A stretch of DNA of 64,000 nt, taken from Chrysomallon squamiferum. Taxonomy: Eukaryota; Animalia; Mollusca. The position numbers and the translations under genes were made by a program. Location of the stretch: contig CM022677.1 of the NCBI GenBank assembly GCA_012295275.1, positions 12,586,001 through 12,650,000 of the forward strand, written 5' to 3'. Below are positions 1 to 13,300 of this stretch, piece by piece (position 1 is the stretch's first letter; every line of letters starts with the position of its first letter). The notes beneath the pieces are model-generated. The model did no database searches. It saw only the letters and a program-made list of their open reading frames with translations, and was not told the DNA's origin.

Positions 1-1066
1 GTAACAGAACAGTGACAGGACAGATGACAGAAAACTGACAGAACAGATGACAGAACAGTGACAGGACAGATGACAGAACAGATGACAGAACAGTGACATG
101 ACAGATGACAGAACAGTGACAGGACATATGACAGAACAGATGACAGAATAGATACCAGAACGGTGACAGAACAGTGACAGGACAGATGGCAGAACAGTGA
201 CAGAACAGTGTCAGGACATATGACAGAACAGTGACAGAACATATGACAGAACAGATGACAGAATAGATAGCAGAACGGTGACAGAACAGTGACAGGACAG
301 ATGGCAGAACATATGACAGAACAGTGACAGAACATATGACAGAACAGTGACAGAACATATGACAGAACAATGACAGAACAGATGGCAGAACAGTGACATA
401 ACAGATGACAGAACAGTGACAGGACCGTGACAGAACAGATGACACAACAGTGATACAACTGTGACACAAAAGTGACAGAAAAGATGACATAACAGTGACA
501 GAACATATGACAGAACAGTGACAGAACAGATGACAGAACAGTGACAGGACAGTGACAGGACATATGACAGAACAATGATAGAACATATGACGAAAAGATG
601 ACATAACAGATGACAGAATAGTGACAGAACAGATGACAGAACAGTGACAGAACAGATGACATAACAGTAACAGAACAGTGACAGGACAGATGACAGAAAA
701 CTGACAGAACAGATGACAGAACAGTGACAGGACAGATGACAGAACTGATGACAGAACAGTGACATGACAGATGACAGAACAGTGACAGGACATATGACAG
801 AACAGATGACAGAATAGATAACAGAACGGTGACAGAACAGTGACAGGACAGATGGCAGAACAGTGACAGAACAGTGTCAGGACATATGACAGAACAGTGA
901 CAGAACATATGACAGAACAGATGACAGAATAGATAGCAGAACGGTGACAGAACAGTGACAGGACAGATGGCAGAACATATGACAGAACAGTGACAGAACA
1001 TATGACAGAACAGTGACAGAACATATGACAGAACAGTGACAGAACATATGACAGAACAGTGTCAGA
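1..1066. repeat. Minisatellite of 11-12 bp TGACAG(A/G)ACA(G/T)(A) units with a 666-bp higher-order period
   Basis: Continuous variants of tgacagaacag / tgacagaacaga / tgacaggacaga. The variant string starting at 1 (gtaacagaacagtgacaggacagatgacagaaaactgaca...) restarts at 667. The spurious - strand ORFs ending at 211 and 877 have identical C-termini, 666 bp apart. Confidence 0.95.
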
Positions 1067-1401
1067 ATATCATCCAAAAGTGTATACACCTACAGCAGTA
1101 GAGAAACAAATCTCCAGCAGAATCATTCTTAGTCACTGCCGGCCTTCACGTGTAGTCAACAAGAGAAGAAAATGTAGAAGTTAAACACTGCAGAGAAAAA
1201 GGAGCTGAGTCTAGCTAATGCTGCAGAGTTGTTGCTAATTGCGAAAGAGGAATACTCCCAACTGAAGGAAGTTTGTTTGGCCAAGTTAAAAACTGGTAGA
1301 CTGTTGTCATTCTAACAAGCTCAATGAAGAATTATTCAACATGCAGTTAGATTTTAGTGACAAATGACCAACAAATGCCACTTCAGTCTGACCTTCAGCT
1401 T

Positions 1402-1405
<4 letters not shown>

Positions 1406-1449
<44 letters not shown>

Positions 1450-1451
1450 AC
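1406..1451. repeat. (CA)n microsatellite
   Basis: Direct reading of the sequence. Confidence 0.95.
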
Positions 1452-4400
1452 TGGAAACAGCTGTAAACATCACATCTCAGATTTGATAGTGTCCTATGGA
1501 ATGCAAACTTTTCATTAGTATTAAGGTATTAAAATATTAATTTGATATATTTCTCGTTTTTTACAATGCTTTTGCCTGTTTTTGAAAGTTCTGTCAGTGT
1601 AGATGAGCAGGGTTCGGCTAGATATCACCAGAGGGTGCTTGTGAAATAGAGATAGATAGGCTAACACATTTTTAATTTCATATTTTAACTTTATTATTCA
1701 TGTACAGCAGAAAACCAAGAAAGTCTTGGTTATAATAATATAGGCTTCAGCTCTTGTATTAGTTAAAGTTATAACAATCACAAGGAATATATTTAGTGAT
1801 TAGTTACAATTATAAGAAATATATTTAGTGATGTCTCTCCATGGTACCAATCCCAATAGTTTTGCCAAAAAAGGGCATCATTTGTTTACTTAAGTTTATC
1901 ATAAATAAAACTACTATAATAAAAATATAAAAGAACAAATTATTAATAATGGCATATAGTAATTTGTACGTGGGGATTCCTGAGACATGAAACTTATGTC
2001 AAGGGATTCACAGGCATGAAAAGAGGTTGAGAAATGCTGGTGTGTTTTAAGTATTATATTCACTTTATAGGCCATACTTTTTATATTAGCTGTATTATGG
2101 AAAAATAAGCTTCAAATTTAGAGGAGAAATTACATATAAAGATAAAATAAATCTTACCTGTTCATGTACTTTAAAAATTATGTGCACAGCAAGATGGTTA
2201 AAAAAAAAAGGTTTGATACAATATTGCCAAAAATACGTGTTTACTTGCGTGCATATGTTGTAAATAATGTCTTCCAGTGTTTAAAACACAATTTTTCATG
2301 ATAAAACATACATTTTCAAATTCCTGTTTATTTTCTTTCAGTTTGCGTCTTTCATGTTAGAAGATCTGTAATCATGAAAATATTATGACTGAAATATGTA
2401 TTGCATTATTTTGTTTCATATCAAATTTATGAGATAGTTTTGAGTGATTAAGGTTGGGGGTGTGGTCATCCCAGTAGGTGAGTGATATGTTTGTGCTAAA
2501 ACATATTAAGCCAGACTGTACTTAACACTTCTGAGAAAAAACAAATTGTTGTCCTAGCAATAGGTTCAGTTTAAGTATGTACAGTTATGGTTGTAGCCAT
2601 TGTTGCATGTACACTGTTAGTTTGTTCTACTGGTGATATAATCAGAGTGCTTTGTCTCTCCTCCCCAATGCACGTTGTCTATAACTATTATCAAAACTGA
2701 TATGTTTGAGAAAAATTGCTGAACAAGAAACATTTATTTAAAAACACTGTAGCAAAATAATGCAGTAACTGTTAGTGTGAACTTGGCACATTGATGCAGT
2801 TTCCTGCTTTCCTGGTTCTTGATGCAGTGTTCTCTAGAATCTGGCATCTTCCTGTGATTAAACATTTAATAATTGTCCTTTTCGTTTTTTTGAAACTGCA
2901 ACCAGTAATAAGACAATATGTTCAGTGTGATCTGTACTATCTTTAAGAATTAAGAGAGCTACTCTTCCTGGTCATCTTAATAAGATTTTGTATTTACTAT
3001 CATGGAGTTCATTATGGGCAGTGTTTTTGAAATTTGTGCAGCTAGTCATTTGTTTTGGGAGCTGTTTCTATGAAAGATTTTACTTCTTGGTTTTAAATTA
3101 GTGGAAGCTTAAACACTCAGTTAACATTAATAAAGTCACTACAGAAGAAGTTTTCTTAATAGCACGTTTGGCTCCAGTTAATTGAGTAATTATTTGACTT
3201 TTTTATTTTAATTTCCTTTTTTAATTTTGTTTTGTGTCATTATATGATGAAATACTACAGGGCTGATACTTTGTCTACATCTTAGGTTGAAGAATCTGTA
3301 AAGAGTTTTTGAAAGTGATAGGTATTTATGGATATTTTTCAATGTTTTATGACCGTAATTCATTGTTTTTAGATGTATATATTTTAATGAGCTAATGCAG
3401 ATTTATTTTAAATTATTTTTTTTTATATTTCAGTTATATTTTGAATTGGGCTAAGCCGGTTAAGTTTATTTTTGCCAAGCAAAGATTTCTTCAAGGTGAA
3501 AGTTGCTACTTAGACACATCTAGTATGTTTTTCTCTAAGTTTGTTTTTAATATTACTGTATGTGCAAAATGCTTGCATGGTGACTGTTGTATTTTTGTGT
3601 TTTTTAATGACAGGTGTTGAATATTCAGCTTTTGCAGTAACATTCTGAAATATCCACTACTTTTTTGTCTACATGCACAGCTGAGAAAAAGCATGTGCAA
3701 ATATAAATCAGTTTCTTTTAAGAACTATTTCATTATTACACATAAATGCATCATTTATATGTAATTAGAGATAATTAATTGAAAACAGTTCATATTTTGT
3801 TAAAGATGATTATAAAAAAACTCAACATGATCAAACCTATAGCACACTGATAATCCTTAAAGTTATTGTTATTATTATCATTCTTTTTCTGATAGCACAA
3901 GATTTCATGCAAATTAGATAAACCATAATACATCTCACAAATTTGTGAATATAATTCAATTTGTAATAATTTCTTGTGTGTTTTCCACTTGAAAACGGTG
4001 GCTCATGAAGAGTCAGGAGAGAACAAGAATTGTAGAAACAGTGAATTAATGAGAAATATGTGGGCATCAGTTTACTGTGGACTGACAGTGTTTGTATAAG
4101 ACTAAAGTCATGTACGGACTGTAGTGCTGTAGTACAGAAAATGATTGTTACAGTTTATTATGTTCAATGAAAATTCTTCATTTTACTCAATTTTTTGAAA
4201 GATAAACTAAAGTTTGTATTCTCTCTTTTCAGAATTGTACACGTCAAAAATGCCTATGTCACTCTTTGTCACTCTGGCAGTATTTTTTTATGTGAATTTA
4301 ATCTTCTTTGTCTTAGACTTTTCTATACTTTCACACCAGTACTTTTTATTCCTACAAATCAAGAAATCCTTCAAATATCTTTTTTTTGCAGTGTCATTAA

Positions 4401-4549
4401 TGATCTTCCCTCTTTTCACCTTCACATTCTTGCACATCTTTTTCGATTCCACCATTACACGTTTTCTGCCACCTTTCTGTTTACTTTTGTGTTCATCTTA
4501 CCTCTACTTCACTGTTCCCTCTGCTTTGGTTCATTGAGTCATATCTTCT

Positions 4550-4755
4550 CCTGGTGGTTTGTGGATAATCTCACGCAGGCCTTCATTAAAACCCAGTCTC
4601 CTCTTTCATTTGTGTCACTTGTCTTTGAACATCTCGTATGGATAGATATCTTTAGGTGCAAGGAATGCAGTCTGATGGGTTCCATAGAAGAAACTTGGAT
4701 ATTTTGGAGTTTTTACTGATGGTGGAGGTCATCAATCCTTGCCAGCCAGTGTGAA
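4550..4755 (-). pseudogene. PWWP (HATH) domain relic of an HDGF-related/LEDGF-family gene; inverted 5' part of a retrocopy
   Basis: The reverse strand translates SHWLARIDD / (frameshift) [56 protein letters not shown]. This matches the HDGF/LEDGF PWWP pattern PHWPAR.D...P.FFFGTHETAFLGPKD.FPY...KRKGFNEGLWEI. There are two stops and a frameshift, and no intron interrupts the segment. Confidence 0.88.
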
Positions 4756-4789
4756 CTGATTGTTTCGAGTAAAAGGAAAGTATTACATG

Positions 4790-5862
4790 GCAGTGAAAGC
4801 AAATCCAAACTCAGTCTGCTAGAGAAAATGACACCAATCAACACAGCATAGATAAACATTGTGATGAAAAGGTGAAGGAAAAGTCAAAAACAGATACTAA
4901 AGTAAAAGAGGATGAACGCAAAAAGTAAAAATAAACTAACAAAAAAAGAAAGTTGGGAGCAGATGATGATGAAAACAAGAAAAAAACTGGATGATGATCG
5001 CATACAGCAGGAATGTAGTGAGAGAATCAGACAGAAAGCAGAGGTTGTCTTCAACAAGTTCAAAGCTTTTTTCTCAAAGATTGATGCAGACAAGCTACAA
5101 CAGGTTGATAAACAAAGCACTGAAGAAGGTGAGACGCCAAGTGATTTGAAACAGAATGAAATAGTGGATGGGAACATTGATGTGAACAAACCACTGAACC
5201 TATCAGCAGGTGACTCACAATTAACTAATAATAGTTTAGTGAAAACAGAAGGCAGAACCTTCATGGTCTACAAGTGACAATAACTTTCCAAGGTGAAACA
5301 AAGATAACCACGAGGAAGGAACACAAGGTCACAAACCACAGCTGGAAAGTGACAATGTAGAAGAGAAAACAACTGAACTGAACAGTGTGTCTGAAAGGGT
5401 TGTTAGTGATGTGTCAGCCACTTCTCTGCTGCAGTCAGGTTATAATTCTGCTAGTACTGGATTGCATTCTGGGATCACAATGGTGTCTCATTCAAAGACA
5501 GAGGATGCTGGGAAGGCTTCTGGGAAATATTCGGGTATTGTAAAAACAGGACTGTTAGATGTTCCTCTCACAGATGCAGCAGCTTGAAACCAACAAACTG
5601 AAACTCTCCTTTATCAAGTGATGATGATTCTAGTCCCAACACAAACAATTCACCTCTTGTAAGCTTCCAGAGCGATGGTGATGAAGCTGAATGGAGGAGG
5701 GTATCAGTGTCAAACTAGAGGAGATCATAAAGGAAACGTTAGCCTGCGAGACAGCAAAAAGAGAAGCAGCAGCTAAAGAAGAGAACATAAGACAACGGCA
5801 GACAGTAACATGATGCTGTCATGGACGATGATGATGAACTCTATAAATTACTTGGTGTTTAG
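4790..5862 (+). pseudogene. C-terminal part of the same HDGF-related/LEDGF (HDGFL2/PSIP1-like) retrocopy, including the last helix of the integrase-binding domain
   Basis: A Lys/Glu-rich broken frame. ORF 4912-5277 contains SERIRQKAEVVFNKFKAFF, resembling the LEDGF IBD terminal helix SQVIMEKSTMLYNKFKNMF; the preceding IBD helices are missing. Broken low-complexity coding-like sequence runs to MDDDDELYKLLGV* at 5821-5862, with AATAAA near 5948. Confidence 0.62.
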
Positions 5863-8800
5863 AAGTTGTTAGACATGTTCAGTGGGTTAGACATGTTCGT
5901 GGGTTGAACAAATTTAAATATTTAATATTTTATCCAGATATTAATACAATAAAGAAATATCAAATATTTCATCATCATCATCACACTAAACAAGTAATTA
6001 TACATTTTTTTTTTGTTTTGTTTGTTTTATCATTCAAAATGAATTTTTGAAGCTGATGAGAAATGCCTAGGTTTGTTAGATTGTTCCTTTTTTCTTTGTT
6101 AAAAAATGTGTTTGTTACTTTTTTAATTTGATGGAAAGTTCTGTTCATTATAATTTATCTTTTAGAACAATTTACTTTATAAAGATGTTTTAATATTTTT
6201 AGATGTATCTTTGACAGTACAGGTGTAAAATATGGGTGGCATTCATATTTTATAGAAACTTTTTGATCAGTGTTATATCAGCTAATTATGTCTAGTGAAT
6301 ATTCAATACTGTCCACATTTCAAGGTTTTTACTTTCTATCTTTTGTGTTAGCATCTTTTTTAACTCTTATTATATTTCTGGAATTTGATAAAAGTGCTGT
6401 TTTAAAAATGTACTTATTATTTAATGTTTGCTTGGTGTCTGTTTATATGTTATTTGTGTGGAGCAAGAGAAAGAGATTTATATTCTGCTATCATTGTATG
6501 TGTGTATGCATGCCTCACGCACATGTGTGTGTGTGTGTGTAAAAACAACTTTCTTTCATTTTAAGAATGCTAACAAACCTCATTAACATCAGTACTTAAA
6601 TATGTATTAGTGATGTTATTTTAATTTTTTATTATAATAATAATTATTATTACTTTTATATTAGTAATTTCTTTTTTAATTCTCAAAACTTGTTTGTTTT
6701 ACTGTTAATGTGAGATGTTTGCAATATTTTGATCATGCAATTTTGAAATCAACATCAAAAAGTCTTCAGATATAAATGTTAATTCCATTATTATTAAATC
6801 ACTTTGAACAACAAATGTCCAATATTTTCAACAATATGTTTTGATTTGGTGGGTTTTGTTCTCTTTTGTTTGGTTGTGTGATGTTTATTTTAATTTTATT
6901 TAATGTGTGTTGGTGTGATATGTAATGGATTTGTCAGGTTTTTATAATGTTAACATTTTAGTATTAAAATATAACTTTAATAATTTAATGAAAGTTAAAC
7001 ATATTATTTTAATAAATGATGTTAGTATATAAATGTTCAGTATTAACATTGCTATCTAATTAATGTTTGACTATAAAACAGTTATTTGATGTTAATATGT
7101 AGTTTTCAATATATAGCATTGCTATCTAATTAATGTGTGTATGTGCGTGCGTGAGTAGATATTTTTGAACAAATAACCTCATCTTTTTATATTTTTTTTT
7201 TTTTTTTTTTTTTAAAAACCTCAATATTTTCAGGATAAAAATATAATATTTAAAAATTTCTAAATTTTTCCTCTTTTATATTCTTCTGTCTCAATATCAT
7301 CCTCATACATTTTTCTTTCATTTCTGTATATTTTTCTCTCATTCAATTTCATTTAATTTTATTTTTTCTTACTGTATTTCTGTTCATTAATCTAGTTATG
7401 AATCTATGTTCTGTTTTCTAGTCTGTCTGTCTGTCTGTCAGTTTTTATGAATGGTTGTGAAATACCTACATGAATGCTCAATAATAATTTTCAGTATTTG
7501 TATTTTTAATTTTTTTCTCTCATTTTTGCATCATGTCATGTTTTGCATGAAAAAAAAAAAATTTGTATTCCATTTTCATTTGTCTTTTTCTTAAAAATAA
7601 ATGATTAGTGAAAAAATTTTTTTGTTGTTATTTTTTTCTGTTATTGTTTGATGAACATATTTCATAGACAGTGTACAGCTAATATCTTCATTTATAAAAA
7701 ACTGTGGTATGTTTTAACTACTACTTCTACTATGCTACTTCTACTATTATTACTACTACTACTATTACTGCTGCCACTCATACAATTTATACTACTACTG
7801 CTCCTACTAACAATAACAATATTTAATACAAAAAAGCGAGAATGGTTAGAAAAGATACTGAATCACTGTCTTCATCTGCTTATTTTCTTAGATATATTCT
7901 TGTACAGAATTAATATATCAAAATAGCTTCTATCTCAACAACAACAATAATAATAAAAAATAAAAAATCCTACGAAATTTAAGAAAAATAAATTTGAGAA
8001 AGATAAAATTTAATTTAAAAAGTTGTATGAATGTAAACTCAGTTAGTGTTGTATAGTTATAATTAAGTGTACGTAACTAAGAAACATATCTACATAAACA
8101 AGTCACTGAAAATAACCATGTTGCCCAAATCCAATTTTTATTTTTTTTAAAAATGTCCACCTACACCAGCACTTATCTACTGTTTTACTTTGATCTTACC
8201 CATCACTTCCCTGTCCCTAGAGAATTAACCCTCCCCTCAAAAGTATTCAGCAGATCTGTATACCCTCCCCCATCATATATATATAAATGTTAGTAATGTT
8301 AGTAATAAATTATTAATAAAGAAAACAAGCACATTGTTGTTTTAAAATCAGTTTTATTTTGATTAATGGTTACAGAAAGTGGTAAATTTTAGTTTTTAAA
8401 ATTACTTCATTTAATAGTTGTTAACACAGTAATTTCAAAAACCATATTTATTTCATTTAATAGAAAAATAGTAAAATAAACAATAATTTCAAAAATAATT
8501 TTTTTCATATAACAATTAATTGTTTACATAAAATATCAAAACAGATGCATTAACTTAACATAATTTTATTTTATTTCATTTAATAATAAATTGTTTACAG
8601 AAAATAGGAAAAAGAAATAACAAAATGGTTTTAAAAATTGCTTTTATTTCATATTTAATGTTTACACTAAATAGTTAAAAAACAACAAAGTAATTTATAA
8701 AAGCAGTTTCAGTTTACTTCATTTCATTTAAAGTTTACTAAAGTATTAGTAATAAAAATAAGACTGAATTAATTTTAAAATAAGTTTAATGTTAATATAT

Positions 8801-9714
8801 TTTTCATAATTATGAGAGAGAGAGAGAGGTTGTTGTTTTTTTTTTTTGTTTCTATTATTTTTTACTCCTTTTAGTTCTGATCTTGTTTTATTTATTTATT
8901 TATTTATTTTTTATTATTTTTTTATTTACTAAAGGAGTAATGTTGTCCTTGCTAGTAACAGTGGTGAGTTAGTAGTTGTAAGTATGTTGGATTACTGCAT
9001 TTTGCAGTTTCCCATGGGGTTGCTAGAATTTTTGTTTTGTTTTTATAATCACAATGAGGCCCATTTTAGGTGTCAGAATAATTTTTGGTTTTGATGGTCA
9101 GTTACCAGAATGTCTAGCTCAGATAATGTAATTAGAGATGGTTCTTATTGTTATTTATTTTAACGATGATTGTCGTGAGGCTTTGTTTGGTTTAATCAGA
9201 TAATTGGTTTGACTAGACACTTAAATGTCTGTTGCAGATTTGTAAAGAAAATAAGTGAATGACAAATTGCAGTTAATCAAAACAATTTGAAATGATTGGT
9301 GTGTTTTGAATTTAAATTTGATACTTTTATTTCTCATTGCTCAATAACAGTGAGGCCTTTTTTCATCTTTTTTTTTTTTTTTTCTCCATTAAAGTTTTGT
9401 TAGCGACAGATAAAACAATATTTATCATATTAACTGATACTGAAAAAAAAGGTTAAAAAAAAGAAAAAGAAACAAATGTCACAAAATCAGATAAATTTGA
9501 CTAGAAGCAATATACTTCCCATAATTCACAAGTCCTAAATACTGTTAACTACAAATTCCTGTTAACTGTTATGTGCAAGGAAAATACATTTTGAGTAATC
9601 TCCCTTCAGTAAATCATACATTACCAATATTGTAATATTGGAATTATAATAATTTTGTTAGTTACATTATTTTATCAGTTTTATCTCAGATTAAAGCACA
9701 TAATGTCATTAGTT

Positions 9715-9783
9715 AATTTAATAATAATAATAATAATGATAATAATAACAATAAATAATAATAATAATAAAATATAATCAATA

Positions 9784-9824
<41 letters not shown>

Positions 9825-10060
9825 TAATAATAACAATAAATAATAATAATAATAAATATAATATCAATAAATAATAATAATAATAATAATAACATGAACA
9901 AGAACAGTAATAGTAATGACTGTATTTTGTATTGCAGTATTGGAAGATACGTTACCAGCGTTTACATGAGGAATTATTTTTATTTTATTTTTATTATTAT
10001 TGTTATTGTTATTGTTATTATTATTATTGTTATTATTATTATTATTTTTATTATTTTTAT
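9715..10060. repeat. Degenerate (AAT)n and (ATT)n microsatellites
   Basis: Direct reading: an AAT tract at ~9715-9895 and an ATT/GTT tract at ~9980-10060. Confidence 0.9.
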
Positions 10061-10362
10061 TTTACATAGTTTCAGATTTTCTGAATGTTTTGTTTTATTT
10101 TCACAGTGATGAAAAGAAGAAAACTGTAATAATCTCAGTTATAGGGGTTTGTTCCTGATCAGGTGTATTGTGATATCACTGGCACAAGAGAACAAAGGCG
10201 AAGAAGAAGACTGAGGCAATCAGAGCTAAGATGTCTGGTCATGAAGAAACTGAGTTTCTTTTATCAGACTGATCTGATATTAAACACACACTTATCTGTT
10301 TCATAGACAAAATATATATATATATATATATATGTAATATGTTTATATTGTATATTTACCTA

Positions 10363-13300
10363 AAGACGTTTGAAGATAGATAATCAGTGGCATGAACTTC
10401 AGAAGTTATTTTTTGATCAATCACAGAAGGAAGGCAAAGCAAAGAGAATTCTCTTACTGTCTGTCTGAATTATTAGACAGAGTGTACAGGAAAAACACTG
10501 CTATGGTGCCCGACAATTTTCTGAAAATGTGAGAATCTGAAGAAAGAACTAAAACAATTAGTCTGGCAGAGAGATGGCATGACCTTTCTTCAGTTATGGG
10601 AAGAAGCCTTTAAACTGTTGGAAGATATGGGGTGTTCCAGCACTGCAAAACACAAAGTAACATCCAGAACATTGGTTGCAGATGTCACTTCTTAAACATC
10701 AACATACCAAAGCAGCATAAGCAGATAGAAAATCTATCTGATATGTTTGCAACTACACTGCAACATATTCAGCAAACTACTTCTCCACCAGCGTTCAACC
10801 CTCCTGTTTTTTTATTACAACAGCCCTGGCCATTTCGCTAGGGATTCCACTAGAAGCAGGCAGAGAGATTTTCCCAGATGTAGGTGGATAAGTAGAAGAC
10901 AAGGAAGTCAATACCCTGTACACTCTACCTAGGAGTACAACAAGATGACGAGGTTTGGTTGGAGATCAGCAAGAGCAGACAGGAAAATTCGACTCTCTAC
11001 TGTTGTGAGTTGGACAGTACAGGAAAAAGGTTCTGACTTATCCGAGTCTGTTTACAATCAAGAATTTGACAGAACTGTTTCTGACTGTCCAATAGTCCAA
11101 ATGTCTATTATCTAAAATCATCTCCTCGGACACAAATTTACTATCTATACAGACAACAATCCACTAAGTCTGATAATAGTGAGAACAGTCCTTCCTTCCC
11201 GAGAGGAAAACAATATTAAAAAAAAAAAAAAAAAACTTGTATTTCAAATTTAAAATGTGATGAAGCAGGAACTGCAGCTACTGGTGTTTTCTTAAGGAAT
11301 CCAGGACAGTAATAGTCTGCCAGTATTGGTCAGGGGTGTGAAATGTTATCTGTGTGTCTGAGGTGAAAGAGAGTTCAAGAGAGAAGACAGAATATTAGGC
11401 AGGGTAGAAAGACATTTGACACAATTCTCTGCATTATGATTACTATACTTTTATAAGATTATATTGTTATTGTATGTCATGAAGTATAAATAGGTAGAGA
11501 AAATAAAGATGTAATTGAAGTGGAACTTGTGTAGTTTTTGTGTGAGGGTGTTGTATGCACCTGGCCACAAATGGCATCACCTACAGGATTGTAAGTTGTT
11601 TAAGTTTACAGACAATTGTTAAATTTAAAACAGGCAGTTGATAAATCTGAAATGAGAACAACGAAGAAACAAAGTGTGAGGCAGCTGGACTTTCCAGAAA
11701 AATGCAGATGAAGACGAACTGAATATTTGAAGTTCCAAAGGAACGGAAGATCAAAGAACATTAACAACACCTGTGGAGAGAGAGAGGGAGAGAGATGCAT
11801 TACAACATAAACTGGCTGGTGGATAAACATTGACATCATCAGGATAATTAACACACTGACTCTATGATTGTGTTGCTATTTTGTTGTTTTGCTTCACTTT
11901 ATGGTTAAATGTAAATTGTCATTATTGGCCACAACCAATGAAAGGTAGGTTATTATGAAATGTTTGAATGTGAATGAATGACAAGTGAGAGTTTTATATT
12001 ACTTAACTGAACTACACTGGCATTCCCTCAATCAAACTGTTTTAACACTATAACTGATATGAGTAATTGGGGATTAACGGGTAAATTGTAAAAGTTAGGA
12101 TCTGAGGAATCTGACTACAAACTATAATTGCATAAAGAGGTGTGGCCTGTAACTGTAAAGTTGAATTTCACAAAACCAGTTTTTTACATGCGTGGACGCA
12201 GTAACGGCCAGTGATGGTCAGTAGCCTTAGATAACCACGTGAGGTAAACAGCCCTGACTGGCAGCAGTTAAGTGCATCTGGAGTAAATTTAAAATAAAAT
12301 TGTTGGAGAGAACAGTTATGATCTGATAGTTAAAACTTGAAATACTAAAACAAAGTAAATGATTTTGTCATTTCACTTAGTGTGTAATAATGAATTCCAA
12401 GTAAAGTAAATTTGCATTTAAAAAACACTATATATTAAAATACTAATTTAAATAAAAGTTTAAATTGACAGATATATATAATACTGGCTGCTGGCATGAG
12501 CATGGCATAACTTACTTTTTGTAACATATCACTGAATTCCCAGCTGACTTTAATTTATAAAGCTTTGCAAAATGGTGAAAACTAAAAAGCTAAAAGATCA
12601 GGTGGCAGAGTTGCAGGATGCTTTACAGGAAGAAATAGCTGTGACCCAATTACATAATGAGGAAATGCTGAGTCCTATACAACGAGAAAGAACTAAACCT
12701 GTTTATTTTATATCGGAAACGAGATAAAGGTAAGCAAATTTAATGGGTAAGACAATGGCCTCAAATTTAGAGATTTTCAGGATCAGGTAGAAAGGATATT
12801 TCTACATCAGAGCCTTGCAGAAAAGGAGCAGGCTAGTTTTATATTAGAAGATGAAGCGAAAGAAGAAATTAGGTTGAGGTCACAACAAGACCAAGAGAAT
12901 CCACAAGTGTTTGGGACCTTCTGCAATAAGACGTTTGAAGATAGATAATCAGTGGCATGAACTTCAGAAGTTATTTTTTGATCAATCACAGAAGGAAGGC
13001 AAATCAATGAGAGAATTCTCTTACTGTCTGTCTGAATTATTAGATAGAGTGTACAGGAAAAACACAGCTATGGTGCCCGACAATTTTCTGAAAATGTGGG
13101 GATCTGAAGAAAGAACTAAAACAATTAGTCCGGCAGAGAGAAGGCATGACCTTTCTTCAGTTATGGGAAGAAGCCTTTAAACTGTTGGAAGATATGGGGT
13201 GTTCCAGCACTGCAAAACACAAAGTAACATCCAGAACATTGGTTGCAGATGTCACTTCTTAAACATCAACATACCAAAGCAGCATAAGCAGATAGAAAAT

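Noticed and set aside
211-1089. 184-aa and 70-aa Cys/Leu/Ser-rich ORFs on the - strand
   Set aside because: They are translations of the TGACAGAACAG minisatellite, with no independent sign of coding.
4195-4719. 174-aa hydrophobic ORF resembling a membrane protein
   Set aside because: It is the antisense shadow of the Lys/Glu-rich HDGF-related relic on the - strand.
12148-12526. Array interpreted as LTR-internal-LTR tandem retrotransposons sharing LTRs
   Set aside because: The units break inside RNase H and only the last copy continues into the element, so the unit is a segmental amplification. No convincing PBS or second LTR was found.
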